From an uncultured Clostridia bacterium (GTDB taxonomy: Bacteria; Bacillota; Clostridia; TANB77; CAG-508): a stretch of 47,331 bases of DNA. Position numbers and translations under genes: made by a program. The notes below the pieces were generated by a model. That model made no database searches. It was not told where the DNA came from and saw only the letters and a program-made list of their open reading frames with translations. This document shows, in pieces, positions 8,719 through 17,811 of this stretch (within the stretch, counting starts at the first letter, position 1; every line of letters starts with the position of its first letter). The stretch covers positions 1 to 47,331 of the forward strand of contig CANQJG010000002.1 in NCBI GenBank assembly GCA_947624185.1. The letters are read 5' to 3'.

Positions 8719-11700
8719 TTAACTACAGTATGCTTCAATTCCTTTTCCTGTTCTTCTTCTTCTATCTTGTAAATCTTCTATTAGTATTTCACCAAGTTTT
8801 TTATTTCCTACTATAACATTTATGTTTATAGGTCTATCATCATTATCATCATGTCTTGATAAAACTTCTTCAAATGTGTCTCTTAATATATTTTGTGGTG
8901 CTGTAATTTCAGGATTTGTTTTTGCTCCTGAATATTCTCCAAATACTGCTAAGGTTTCATTGTAAGCTACATTTCCTTTATCTAGTCTTGGTAAAGAAAC
9001 TTCATTAAGTAATCCTATATTAAATCCAAATTTCTTTCCACCAAAAACTGGAACCCAATCAGGAATATTGAAACTTAATTTATTTAATGCTTTAATTACA
9101 AAATTTATTCCTCTTACTACACCATTAGCCATTCCTTCAATTCCACCTAAAATTGAATTTATAATATTTTTAATAACATTCCATATACCATTAAATATAT
9201 TACTTACTGTTGTTTTTAAACCATTCCATATATTATTCCATACAGTCTTAATTGTATTTAATACATTAGAAATTGTATTTTTAATTCCATTTATAACATT
9301 CGATACTACAGTCTTTATTCCGTTCCAAATATTACTTATTACTGTTTTTATTGCATTAAATACTGTAGTTATTACTCCTTTAACTATATTTATCGCTGTT
9401 TCTATAATTCCCTTTATTGCTTCCCATACTCCTGATATAATTCCTTTTATAGTTTCCCATATTCCATTAAAAAATGTTTTTATTCCTTCCCAAGCTTTAT
9501 TCCAGTCTCCCGAAAACACACCTGATATAAATTCTATTATACCTTTAAATACACTGATAACTCCACTAATAGCATCTGCTATAAATCCACATACTTTGCT
9601 TAATGTATTCCATATACCTTCAAATATTGGAACTAAAACAGGTAGAATATTTTCTATGAACCAATCAATTAGAGGTTTTAATATATCATTCCATAAGGTC
9701 ATTATCAATTCTGATAAATTATCTATTAAAGGTTTTAAATGCTCATTCCATAATGTTGTAATACTTGATACAAGATTTTCTACAAATGGAGCTATATATT
9801 CATCATATATGGTCTTAAACTTACCAAATGTATCACTTAATGATGCTTTTAATTCATCAAAATGTGTTATTATTGTATATACTACTAAAGCTACTACTGC
9901 TATTATTGCAAGTAATGGTAAAGATAATCCTGAAAAAACAGTATCAAATGTTCCTTTTAATGCTGAAACTTTTTTTATTACATCATTTATTATTGAAAAC
10001 CTCTTTAATGCTGTCACTATTCCTAATATAACTGTTATAACATCAGGATGTTCTACTAACCATTTAAATACATCTACAAGTCCGCTCAATACATTTAAAG
10101 CCACTGTACCTACTGTAGTTCCTATTTGCATTAATGTATTTATTAATGGTTGCCAATCTATTTCTGATAATTTTTCTGATATTTCTCTGAATTTATCTGA
10201 ACACCAATTTAGGAAATCTTGAAATTTTTGACTTTGTACTACATTATTTATTGCTATTAATAAATTATTAAATGCATTTGCTAAGTTTTGTATTATTGCA
10301 TCTCCATTACCGTTATAATTCCATGCATTTGCAAAAGCTTCTGCTATATTTCCTATGATTGCTAATATATTCTCTAGTATAGAATAAACTGTTCCATTAG
10401 TTATAATTTTTTCAAAACTTCCCCATACTGATGCAATAAGTCCAGTCACTTGTCCTGCTGTTATTTTTATTTGTTCTACTAATTGTGATCCATAATTATT
10501 CCAACTTTCTTTAAGTGGTTTAAAAAAATCATATAATTTTTGTGCAAATGGGCTCATTTGATTATCTAATTTTGATAAATCCATATTAGGATTTATATCG
10601 CCACTATTTCCGGAATTATTATTTTCTGATATATTATTTATTTCATTATGAACTCCTGTTAATGATTTGCTTGCATCTTTTGCACTTTTTGAAGTTTTGT
10701 TCATTGATGAAGCTGTTGCTTTTGCAAATATATTTATTCCACTAAATGCATATACTACAGATTGAATTGCTTTCATTAACTTATAAACTAAATCAATTAC
10801 AAATTCTATTACTGGTGCAAATACACTACCCATAGCATATTTCATATATTCTATATTTGCACTAAGCTGTTTAGCTTGTGCATTTTGACTTGATAACCAA
10901 CTTTGAGCTGAATTACTTAATACACTATAGATTCCTCTTATTGAAAACAATGCAGCTGCGTATTTTAATACTTGTTTTAATCCACTTTTTACTTCTGTAC
11001 CTATTTTTTTTATATTATTTGTTATATTTTGTGTTATTTTAGGCATTTGGCCAAATGTCTGTTTTACTCCACTTAGTTGTCCTTTTGTTTGTGCTATTTT
11101 TCCTTTTAATACATCAAAAAAACTAGCCCACTTACTTTGACTATTAGATACTTGTTTAGTTTCTTGACTTACTTGTTCAGTTTCTTGACTTACTTGTTCA
11201 GTTTCTTGTTCTAATTGTATTACTTTACTTTTTGCATTTTCTAATTCTTTACTATATATTTCAATTTCTGTGTATAATTTTTGAGCTTGATTATTTAATG
11301 TTGTAAAGTCCTTATTTGAGGATAAAGCATTATTTACTACTTTATCCATGGAATTGCTATTTTTAGATACCCCATCTGGAACAACTTCATTTTTAGTATC
11401 ACTTACTATTTTGTCTATTTGAGGATTTATGATATCCAACTTCATTTGTCGGGCAGTTATTTTTTCTTGCAAACTATTTATTTGTTTTTCTAATTGTGTA
11501 ATTTGTTTTTTTGCATCTTGATTATTTACTTTTATTGCTATTTCATTATTTTTTGAGCTTTTCTTTAAATCTTGCACTTTCTTTTTAACAAATGTACTTA
11601 CATTTTCTATAGATTTTTTTATTGGTTCTGCATCTATCTTTTGAAAATTTTCTTTAGCTTGTTGTACTACCCTTTTAATTGCAGGTATTAATTTTGGTAA

Positions 11701-11760
11701 ATCTTTCAATGCTTCTTGTACTTTTGCAGTAACAATAATTTCAATTTCTTCAACAGTCAT
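8719..11760 (-). CDS. tail tape measure protein
   Basis: About 1013 aa from the ATG at 11760 (RBS AAAGGAG upstream). Coiled-coil N-part and hydrophobic core. The C-part has many GIWNxIKxxIS-type repeats. Position follows the chaperone pair. Confidence 0.85.
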   Translation of the reverse strand: MTVEEIEIIVTAKVQEALKDLPKLIPAIKRVVQQAKENFQKIDAEPIKKSIENVSTFVKKKVQDLKKSSKNNEIAIKVNNQDAKKQITQLEKQINSLQEKITARQMKLDIINPQIDKIVSDTKNEVVPDGVSKNSNSMDKVVNNALSSNKDFTTLNNQAQKLYTEIEIYSKELENAKSKVIQLEQETEQVSQETEQVSQETKQVSNSQSKWASFFDVLKGKIAQTKGQLSGVKQTFGQMPKITQNITNNIKKIGTEVKSGLKQVLKYAAALFSIRGIYSVLSNSAQSWLSSQNAQAKQLSANIEYMKYAMGSVFAPVIEFVIDLVYKLMKAIQSVVYAFSGINIFAKATASSMNKTSKSAKDASKSLTGVHNEINNISENNNSGNSGDINPNMDLSKLDNQMSPFAQKLYDFFKPLKESWNNYGSQLVEQIKITAGQVTGLIASVWGSFEKIITNGTVYSILENILAIIGNIAEAFANAWNYNGNGDAIIQNLANAFNNLLIAINNVVQSQKFQDFLNWCSDKFREISEKLSEIDWQPLINTLMQIGTTVGTVALNVLSGLVDVFKWLVEHPDVITVILGIVTALKRFSIINDVIKKVSALKGTFDTVFSGLSLPLLAIIAVVALVVYTIITHFDELKASLSDTFGKFKTIYDEYIAPFVENLVSSITTLWNEHLKPLIDNLSELIMTLWNDILKPLIDWFIENILPVLVPIFEGIWNTLSKVCGFIADAISGVISVFKGIIEFISGVFSGDWNKAWEGIKTFFNGIWETIKGIISGVWEAIKGIIETAINIVKGVITTVFNAIKTVISNIWNGIKTVVSNVINGIKNTISNVLNTIKTVWNNIWNGLKTTVSNIFNGIWNVIKNIINSILGGIEGMANGVVRGINFVIKALNKLSFNIPDWVPVFGGKKFGFNIGLLNEVSLPRLDKGNVAYNETLAVFGEYSGAKTNPEITAPQNILRDTFEEVLSRHDDNDDRPININVIVGNKKLGEILIEDLQDRRRRTGKGIEAYCS
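11151..11210 (-). repeat. 21-bp tandem repeat (about 2.8 copies) inside the tape measure gene
   Basis: CTTGTTCAGTTTCTTGACTTA repeats on the plus strand, encoding QETEQVS repeats. Confidence 0.7.
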
Positions 11761-11780
11761 GTTTTCTCCTTTCGCGCAAA

Positions 11781-11811
11781 ATAAAAACACTTCAAGCGAA
11801 GTGTTTTTTTT
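11781..11811. terminator. bidirectional intrinsic terminator between the moron and the tape measure gene
   Basis: AACACTTC-aagc-GAAGTGTT, flanked by an A-run on one side and a T-run on the other. Confidence 0.6.
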
Positions 11812-11829
11812 ATTATTTTAATATAATAA

Positions 11830-12354
11830 TTAATTCATTTTAAATGTTTTTGTTATTTTTTTACTATTTGAACTATTCAATAATTGACTTAATTCCACTA
11901 TTACATCACTTGTAGTATTACTTAATTTAAATGCTAAGTTAAATTCAAATTTTATTCCTTTTTGTACTTCTTTTGATTTATCTTGCCAATTATAATCGTT
12001 TATTCCATAAGTAGATATGGGTGGTTCTATTTCAATTCCATCTTGGAAAGCTTTACTGTTAATTATTGAAGAAAATGCTTTTGATTCTTCATTATTATTT
12101 GTAAATGAAACCTTTACTAATAATATTGGATTTCCTGAATAATCATTAGTAATTGCATAGTCTCCAATTTCAATATAGCAATTATTTATTTCTCCTTTGT
12201 CTGATTGTAAATATTTTTCTTCTATATCTTTAATAAGATTTTCATCTGAAGACATATCATTTACAAATGCTCCATATCCAACAAAGAATAAAATAACTAA
12301 AAAAATTAAACACCAAAACCACCATTTTTTATATATTGTTTTTTTATCGTTCAT
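11830..12354 (-). CDS. membrane-anchored DUF5067/DUF4352-like protein (moron inside the tail module)
   Basis: N-terminal TM WWFWCLIFLVILFFVGYGAF. DYSGNPILLVKVSFTNNNEESKAF...KAFQDGIEIE matches the family signature as I remember it. Confidence 0.6.
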   Translation of the reverse strand: MNDKKTIYKKWWFWCLIFLVILFFVGYGAFVNDMSSDENLIKDIEEKYLQSDKGEINNCYIEIGDYAITNDYSGNPILLVKVSFTNNNEESKAFSSIINSKAFQDGIEIEPPISTYGINDYNWQDKSKEVQKGIKFEFNLAFKLSNTTSDVIVELSQLLNSSNSKKITKTFKMN

Positions 12355-12386
12355 AATCTCATGCTCCTTTATTTATTATAAATAAA

Positions 12387-12415
12387 AGTATAAAGCATTT
12401 TAGACGAAAAATCAA
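12387..12415 (-). promoter_or_regulatory. candidate promoter of the moron
   Basis: Minus strand reads TTGATT, a 17-nt spacer, then TATACT, about 30 nt upstream of the ATG at 12354. Confidence 0.4.
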
Positions 12416-12426
12416 TATTTTTACAA

Positions 12427-12930
12427 TTATTTTAATTTTCTTAATCTTTCTAATTGTTCTTGTGGTGATTGATACTTAATTTTAGGTTCTTTCGGATATA
12501 AATTTGCGAATATTGTCTTTAATGAAATTACTTTAGGTCTTCTATTTCCTAAAGCGTCTGCTCTTATCATTTTATCCGTTACTGCTTCTTGCAACATTAT
12601 TTGAGACTTAAAATCATCTAACATTTTAACCATATTTACTTGTATATATAAATTAATTTGACTGTATTCACTATTCCAAAATTCATCAGGTTTAATTCCA
12701 AAATAATATGCTAGTGGTTCCAATGCATAAATCAATTTTTTTAAATTGTTCGCTTGCTTTATAGAATCTGTTAAATCATTTATGCTCTGTATCCTTGAAA
12801 TTCTTCTGTAGCTATTTGTGTTATTGCTTTCTCTGCTGATGATTTTATAACTTCGTTCATATTCATTGATGATAAAGGATTTGATATCTTTTCTTGCAAT
12901 GCTTCCTTTGTCATCTTGCTGTTGAAAAAA
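12427..12930 (-). CDS. gpT-like extension of the tail chaperone, reached by -1 frameshift
   Basis: The -1 frame is open from the heptamer at 12930..12924 down to the stop at 12427. No convincing RBS precedes the TTG at 12735. Confidence 0.55.
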   Translation of the reverse strand, partial: FFQQQDDKGSIARKDIKSFIINEYERSYKIISRESNNTNSYRRISRIQSINDLTDSIKQANNLKKLIYALEPLAYYFGIKPDEFWNSEYSQINLYIQVNMVKMLDDFKSQIMLQEAVTDKMIRADALGNRRPKVISLKTIFANLYPKEPKIKYQSPQEQLERLRKLK

Positions 12931-13229
12931 CCTTCTTTATTTATATCCTCTGCTATTTCATCAAAAATATCTTTATATGTTTTCTTTTTCTCTGTTTTAT
13001 AATCATCTAAAAAATCATATACTTCTAAATTACTTGTAAAAGCATCTTTTTTGTCTTCTGTTTCAGCTAATAAGAATATTATTTGCGATAATGCCTCTAA
13101 ATCATTTTCATTTACTGCTTTAAAATAAACATCTTCAAAGTTCTTTCCGCCTAATCTTTTGGTTATATCTACTATTTTTCTTGTTCTTAAAACTAGATTA
13201 ATTTTCTTTTTATTTGCTTCTAATATCAT
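12780..13229 (-). CDS. tail assembly chaperone (gpG-like)
   Basis: Lies between the major tail and tape measure genes. ATG at 13229 follows AAAGGAG. Contains a slippery heptamer. Confidence 0.65.
   Translation of the reverse strand: MILEANKKKINLVLRTRKIVDITKRLGGKNFEDVYFKAVNENDLEALSQIIFLLAETEDKKDAFTSNLEVYDFLDDYKTEKKKTYKDIFDEIAEDINKEGFFNSKMTKEALQEKISNPLSSMNMNEVIKSSAEKAITQIATEEFQGYRA
12924..12930 (-). promoter_or_regulatory. -1 slippery heptamer U_UUU_UUC
   Basis: 0-frame reads GG-T TTT TTC (GFF). I checked both frames by hand for codon phase and stops. Confidence 0.6.
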
Positions 13230-13330
13230 AATTTTCTCCTTTACAAAAGAGAGCAAGATGTTACTCTTGCTCTACATTTTTTATTTGTGTTATTTTCTTT
13301 CTTGTTCTACTCCTAACACTTAAAATAGAA

Positions 13331-13780
13331 CTAAGCTGTGGGTAAACCTTCTGATTCTTCTACTGCTGTTGATTTGTATAAAGTTAGTGTTTCTTGTAAC
13401 ATCTCATCAATAGCAATAGCATTCATTCCAAGTCTTACCTTAGCTTGAAAATAAAAACATGGTGGTTTCCCTGTTGGATTTACATCTTCAGGTAATAATA
13501 TAAACCAGTAGTAATCTTTCTTTGTATCTAATGCCTTTAGCACTTCATGTTGTTCTTTGGTAAATAGTACAGGTATTGCAATAGCATCTGCACTTCTTCT
13601 TCCTGGTACTTGTCCAGTATAATCTGTATCTACTGCACTAAATTCAATTCCTTCAGGTGCTGGATCAAATTCAGGTATTTCTTGTACCCAAGAAACTTGT
13701 TTCTTTTCTCCTTCTTTTGTTTCACAATAATATAATTTGCTCAAAATACTTGAGCTTGGTGTTCCTGCATTTTCAGCCAT
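13331..13780 (-). CDS. major tail protein (by position)
   Basis: 149-aa ORF immediately upstream of the chaperone pair. Confidence 0.5.
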   Translation of the reverse strand: MAENAGTPSSSILSKLYYCETKEGEKKQVSWVQEIPEFDPAPEGIEFSAVDTDYTGQVPGRRSADAIAIPVLFTKEQHEVLKALDTKKDYYWFILLPEDVNPTGKPPCFYFQAKVRLGMNAIAIDEMLQETLTLYKSTAVEESEGLPTA

Positions 13781-13793
13781 TTAATTTTCCTCC

Positions 13794-14207
13794 TTATCTT
13801 ATAAATTGAAAAGAGTTCGTTAGAGCATTCCAACGAACTTCATAAGTATTTATTATTCTGTACTTTTTTGTTATTGCATCAAATCCTATTTCATTTGGAT
13901 TTGCTTTTATAAAATTTCTTTTTTGTAATACTTTGTCTGTATTATCAGCCATCTCCATACAAAATCTTTGAGTATCGCTCCAACATTCAATTGTAACTTG
14001 AAATGTTTTTCTTATAGGTCTCGCATTATCTGTCATATTTACTGTTTCTAATGGTGTATGTAATACTCTACATGGAAAAATGCTTTCTGTCGTAGGCATT
14101 GTAAGTATTGTTTCGGTATCAGATTCTTTTATGTCCTGTATTTTTGATAAATCATCATATAATAAATCTGACATATCTTTTACTGTAAAATCATATATCA
14201 TTTGCAT
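13794..14207 (-). CDS. tail completion / head-tail joining protein (by position)
   Basis: 137-aa ORF in the connector cluster. Confidence 0.4.
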   Translation of the reverse strand: MQMIYDFTVKDMSDLLYDDLSKIQDIKESDTETILTMPTTESIFPCRVLHTPLETVNMTDNARPIRKTFQVTIECWSDTQRFCMEMADNTDKVLQKRNFIKANPNEIGFDAITKKYRIINTYEVRWNALTNSFQFIR

Positions 14208-14725
14208 ACCTCCTTAAGCATCTTGTTAATTTGCTCTTTTATTGCATTAACGTTATTTTCTCTAGTTTGAAATTCTGCATCTGTCATAAAATGGTTTGGT
14301 GTAACTCCATGAGCAATATAAAATTGATTATCGTTTATAGTAACTATAGGATAAGGTAAAGACCTTTCTACTTTATTTACTGGAATAAACCACTCTGTAT
14401 ATCCACTTTCAATAAAATGTTTTGTTTTTCCAACATGATTCATTTCTGCATATTGACCAGTTCCAAAATGTTCAAACATAGCAAAAGGAAGAGTTTCTTT
14501 ACTTGTATAAACCCTTCCCTTTATTTCCATTGTAGATGTATCTACCATTTCTACTAATATTCCATCTTCATGATGTCCTTTTTCAAGTCTTATTGCATAT
14601 CCTTGAATATTTTTTAATGTATCTTCTATTCCTGCAGATATAGTAGATGTTAATCTTTTAGTTATTTCTCCAAATCTTTTATAATTGTATTTTACTTTTA
14701 CTTTACAACTAAAATTACTTGCCAT
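14198..14725 (-). CDS. HK97 gp10-like tail component (by position)
   Basis: 175-aa ORF overlapping the neighbouring ORFs, consistent with translational coupling. Confidence 0.4.
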   Translation of the reverse strand: MASNFSCKVKVKYNYKRFGEITKRLTSTISAGIEDTLKNIQGYAIRLEKGHHEDGILVEMVDTSTMEIKGRVYTSKETLPFAMFEHFGTGQYAEMNHVGKTKHFIESGYTEWFIPVNKVERSLPYPIVTINDNQFYIAHGVTPNHFMTDAEFQTRENNVNAIKEQINKMLKEVCK

Positions 14726-15047
14726 TATATTTCTCCAGTTTATATAGTATTGTACTTCCTATTTTGGGATTATCTGTTACAGTATAGTCCGGAATAAATC
14801 CTTCAGTTCCTGAAATATCAGTTAATGATATTCCATTTCCTTTTACTATATCGTAACTCATAGTTGTTCTTGCATTAACTATACTATAATCAATTTCTCC
14901 TGCTGAATTTCTGTCTAATTCATTTATATCTTGTTGTAAATTTAACCATGCTACATTTTTAAACTTCCACTTTTTCGTTTTTTCTCCATGGTCATTTAGT
15001 ATTTCATATTCAGATATCCATGCTTTAGTTAAATCTCGCAACAACAT
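14715..15047 (-). CDS. head closure / head-tail adaptor (by position)
   Basis: 110-aa ORF in the connector cluster. Confidence 0.4.
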   Translation of the reverse strand: MLLRDLTKAWISEYEILNDHGEKTKKWKFKNVAWLNLQQDINELDRNSAGEIDYSIVNARTTMSYDIVKGNGISLTDISGTEGFIPDYTVTDNPKIGSTILYKLEKYNGK

Positions 15048-15358
15048 TACTTAATCCTCCTTAATCCTGATTTTATAATGTCATTTCTTAATTTTTCTAT
15101 AATGTCCTCAAATGAATTAGAAACACTTCCTTCTCCTCTACTTTGCAGACCTTCTCCACCTCTAGCTAAATACTCTGCCTTTACAGCTTTTTTTATGTAT
15201 GGAAATAGTTTCTTTTTATTATCTTCAGTATCTTTCATATTAGAAATATCAAAGGCAATAGAACTTACTTCTTCTAATATGTCTTTTAATACTTCTTCAT
15301 CTTCTCTAAAGTTTACAGATAAATCTGCTTTTATTTTTTTTATGTATTCTTCTTCCAT
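15047..15358 (-). CDS. gp6-like head-tail connector (by position)
   Basis: 103-aa acidic ORF downstream of the capsid gene. Confidence 0.45.
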   Translation of the reverse strand: MEEEYIKKIKADLSVNFREDEEVLKDILEEVSSIAFDISNMKDTEDNKKKLFPYIKKAVKAEYLARGGEGLQSRGEGSVSNSFEDIIEKLRNDIIKSGLRRIK

Positions 15359-15374
15359 TCTATTGCCTCCTTTA

Positions 15375-15536
15375 TTATTCTTTCTTTGGTAATAAACTTA
15401 ATAAATCTTCTTTTGTTGCTTTTTTATCATATTCAATATGTAATATATCTAATTGTTTTTTTATTTCAGCTACTGTCATATCTTTAAAACTTTTTTCTGC
15501 CTTTTTATTTCTCTTTCTTCCTATTACTGTTGCCAT
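15375..15536 (-). CDS. small protein with SAP/HeH-like motif (53 aa, absent from the ORF track)
   Basis: AAGGAGG lies 7 nt before the ATG at 15536. Sequence MATVIGRKRNKKAEKSFKDMTVAEIKKQLDILHIEYDKKATKEDLLSLLPKKE, followed by a double TAA stop. Confidence 0.55.
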   Translation of the reverse strand: MATVIGRKRNKKAEKSFKDMTVAEIKKQLDILHIEYDKKATKEDLLSLLPKKE

Positions 15537-15550
15537 TTTTATATCCTCCT

Positions 15551-15925
15551 TTATTCTGCTGGACTTAAAGTTACTCCTGTTAAGTCTAGTTTTTTACTTG
15601 TTTCTCCGTTCTTAAAGGTTACGGTTTGAGTATTAGAAGTTAGTTGTACTACTAAAATACCATCTTCATCTAGTGTGCCTTTACCTTTTTTAGTAGCTTG
15701 TGAAAGTTCCCATTCTATAGTTTCGCCTTTAGTAGCTTCTTCACATTTTAGTGCTAAGAAATTACCTTTAGCTTCTTTATCGAATTGTGGGAAACTTTGA
15801 ACATATTTAGATGTTCCAGTTACTTTAGTATCATTTAATTCAACTTCTTGTAATGTACTTACATCTACTCCTAATACATCACCTTCCGGCAAAGCCACGG
15901 TTACTTTTTTCGTGGCTGGACTAGG
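15551..15925 (-). CDS. Ig-like / beta-sandwich C-terminal extension of the capsid protein (+1 frame)
   Basis: The +1 frame is open for 123 codons past the capsid stop (SPATKKVTVALPEGD...LDLTGVTLSPAE). There is no RBS or plausible start of its own. Confidence 0.55.
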   Translation of the reverse strand, partial: PSPATKKVTVALPEGDVLGVDVSTLQEVELNDTKVTGTSKYVQSFPQFDKEAKGNFLALKCEEATKGETIEWELSQATKKGKGTLDEDGILVVQLTSNTQTVTFKNGETSKKLDLTGVTLSPAE

Positions 15926-16781
15926 GTGTAGCAGGAGCATACGAGCAATATACACCCGCAAGTTTATTTTCATATACGTGTCCATATAGATTATTACTTC
16001 TATATTTGAATACATTGTCATCTGCTTTTTGATCTTCATCAGGTGTAAAATATTTGATATATTGGTCTAATGCTGTTACTGCAGCTGATTTTTCTACACA
16101 TAAAAAGTTAATATCACTAGCACCATCATTCTTTTTGTATCCATAAGATTCTTTACCGTCATTTAATTTTACTTCTGTATACATTCTTGTTTGAGGTACT
16201 TCAATTATTGTAGAAAATCTTTCTAACACTTTTTTAGATTTAGTTGTATCTAAATCATCTACCATTCCTTTTAATGTTGGAGTGATAAACAATATTCTAT
16301 TTTCTGTAGAAACTTCGTCTTCATCCATTTTATTTGTGCATGCTCTTAAGGCTGTTATTACTCCTGCACCATCAGAAAGTGTTTCTTCTTTTTCTGATAT
16401 TCCTTCTACTCCTGCAATTTTTGCAATTCTTGCAGCATCAACTTCTGGAACAACCTTTGTTCTTAAAAATTCTGATGCTAATTTAGCAAAAGGTAATCCT
16501 AATGCTTCTTGATTGTCAAGTCTATCAACTCTCAACTCTTGAGAACGTTCTTTATCATATTTAACTGTTTCCCAAGTTAATTTTGTGCTTCCTGTTGTGT
16601 ATCCTGATTTTCTATCAAAATCACCTAATGCATCCATATCTAATTTGGCTATTTTTATTTCTCCATTTAATCCTTTTTGTACTGTTGTTTCATCTCCATC
16701 TAAAATAGATGTTTTCGCTTCATTTTTATATACCTCATCTAACATAGGCAAATAAATTGTTGATAATTCAATATTGTTCAT
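15921..16781 (-). CDS. major capsid protein
   Basis: 286 aa, directly after the scaffold gene. Ends ...YAPATP with CCC-TAG. Confidence 0.75.
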   Translation of the reverse strand: MNNIELSTIYLPMLDEVYKNEAKTSILDGDETTVQKGLNGEIKIAKLDMDALGDFDRKSGYTTGSTKLTWETVKYDKERSQELRVDRLDNQEALGLPFAKLASEFLRTKVVPEVDAARIAKIAGVEGISEKEETLSDGAGVITALRACTNKMDEDEVSTENRILFITPTLKGMVDDLDTTKSKKVLERFSTIIEVPQTRMYTEVKLNDGKESYGYKKNDGASDINFLCVEKSAAVTALDQYIKYFTPDEDQKADDNVFKYRSNNLYGHVYENKLAGVYCSYAPATP

Positions 16782-16798
16782 TTTTTATTCTTCCTTTC

Positions 16799-17383
16799 TT
16801 ATTTTAATCCCATTGCCTTTCTAATTGCTGGATCAATACTTGGCTTATTACCTGATGGGTCAGGATTATATGGTGGTTTTTCTTTTGACCACTCATTTAC
16901 TGTTTTTTCAACTATTCTGTCTTGAATAGATTTAATTAATTTTGTTTTTTCCTGTAATTGCTCTGCTGTCATGTTTTCATAATCAAATAAGTTTAGAAAT
17001 TCCGGGTCAAATGCCGTATCTTCTGTTGTTGCTATTTTTAATGCTTCATCTTTTAAATCTCTTGCATTTAACTTTTTTTGTATTTCTTGAATACTTTTAT
17101 CTTTTTGACTTAATTGATATTGTAATTTTTGTGTTTCGGTCATTTGAGCTAATTTTTCTGCTTCTGTCTTTTCTGTGTCTCTTTCTAATTCCCATTGTTT
17201 TCTTGCATTATCAATGGCTGTTTTATTAGAATTTGATATTCTGCTGTCTAAAAATGATTGAAGTTCTTTATCTGTTTTGATAAGTTCTTCATAATTTACC
17301 TTTTCAGGTTTTGCTTGTTCTGCTCCCTTTTGGTTCTCTGCCCCTAAGTTAGCATTATCTGAATTTTGATTTTCTCCGTCCAT
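16799..17383 (-). CDS. capsid scaffolding protein (DUF4355-like)
   Basis: 194 aa, highly charged coiled coil, immediately upstream of the capsid gene. Confidence 0.65.
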   Translation of the reverse strand: MDGENQNSDNANLGAENQKGAEQAKPEKVNYEELIKTDKELQSFLDSRISNSNKTAIDNARKQWELERDTEKTEAEKLAQMTETQKLQYQLSQKDKSIQEIQKKLNARDLKDEALKIATTEDTAFDPEFLNLFDYENMTAEQLQEKTKLIKSIQDRIVEKTVNEWSKEKPPYNPDPSGNKPSIDPAIRKAMGLK

Positions 17384-17473
17384 TTATTCCTCCTTGCCCC
17401 TTTAGTTCTCTGCCTAAAGTTGCTATTTAGATATTTCGTTTATTTTATAAAGCCTAACTATCGATAAAACGGC

Positions 17474-17501
17474 ATAAAAATAAGACGTATTTCTACGTCT
17501 T
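17474..17501 (-). terminator. intrinsic terminator after the MuF region
   Basis: Minus strand reads AAGACGTA-gaaa-TACGTCTT followed by ATTTTTAT. Confidence 0.55.
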
Positions 17502-17670
17502 TAAAATTTGTATATAGATTAGGATTTGCACCTAATATGAAGGTATCTTTTCTCGGCTACATACTCCCTGCAGAGAGTTTATGTATTTTAAACCTAGTGT
17601 CTACTATTTTTCCACTTGAAAAGTGTCTATTCCACCACTATATATTTTTATATTATAAAACTTTAATAAC

Positions 17671-17811
17671 TTATTTATTCAATTCTTTTAGAAGATATTC
17701 TTTATATTCAGCTAAACTATTCCATTCATCGTAATTAAATGGTAATGGTCTTTTATTATATTTATCCATATATTCATGAATCAATTTTTTTATTTCATCT
17801 GGTATAATCAT
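17671..17811 (-). CDS. 46-aa ORF overlapping the MuF stop (candidate immunity / partner protein)
   Basis: ATG at 17811 lies inside the last codons of the MuF gene. Sequence MIIPDEIKKLIHEYMDKYNKRPLPFNYDEWNSLAEYKEYLLKELNK. The RBS is weak. Confidence 0.35.
   Translation of the reverse strand: MIIPDEIKKLIHEYMDKYNKRPLPFNYDEWNSLAEYKEYLLKELNK

Noticed and set aside
9068-10222. 384-aa plus-strand ORF (and 9828..10031) inside the tape measure region
   Set aside because: It is antisense to a well-supported 1013-aa gene, has low-complexity Ile/Phe/Pro-rich sequence and has no RBS. It is an artefact of the repetitive AT-rich codons on the opposite strand.
11151-11210. Tandem repeats here and at 25563-25580 and 28236-28268 as possible CRISPR arrays
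   Set aside because: The units are 9-21 bp and directly abutting, with no spacers. No cas genes are present in the window.
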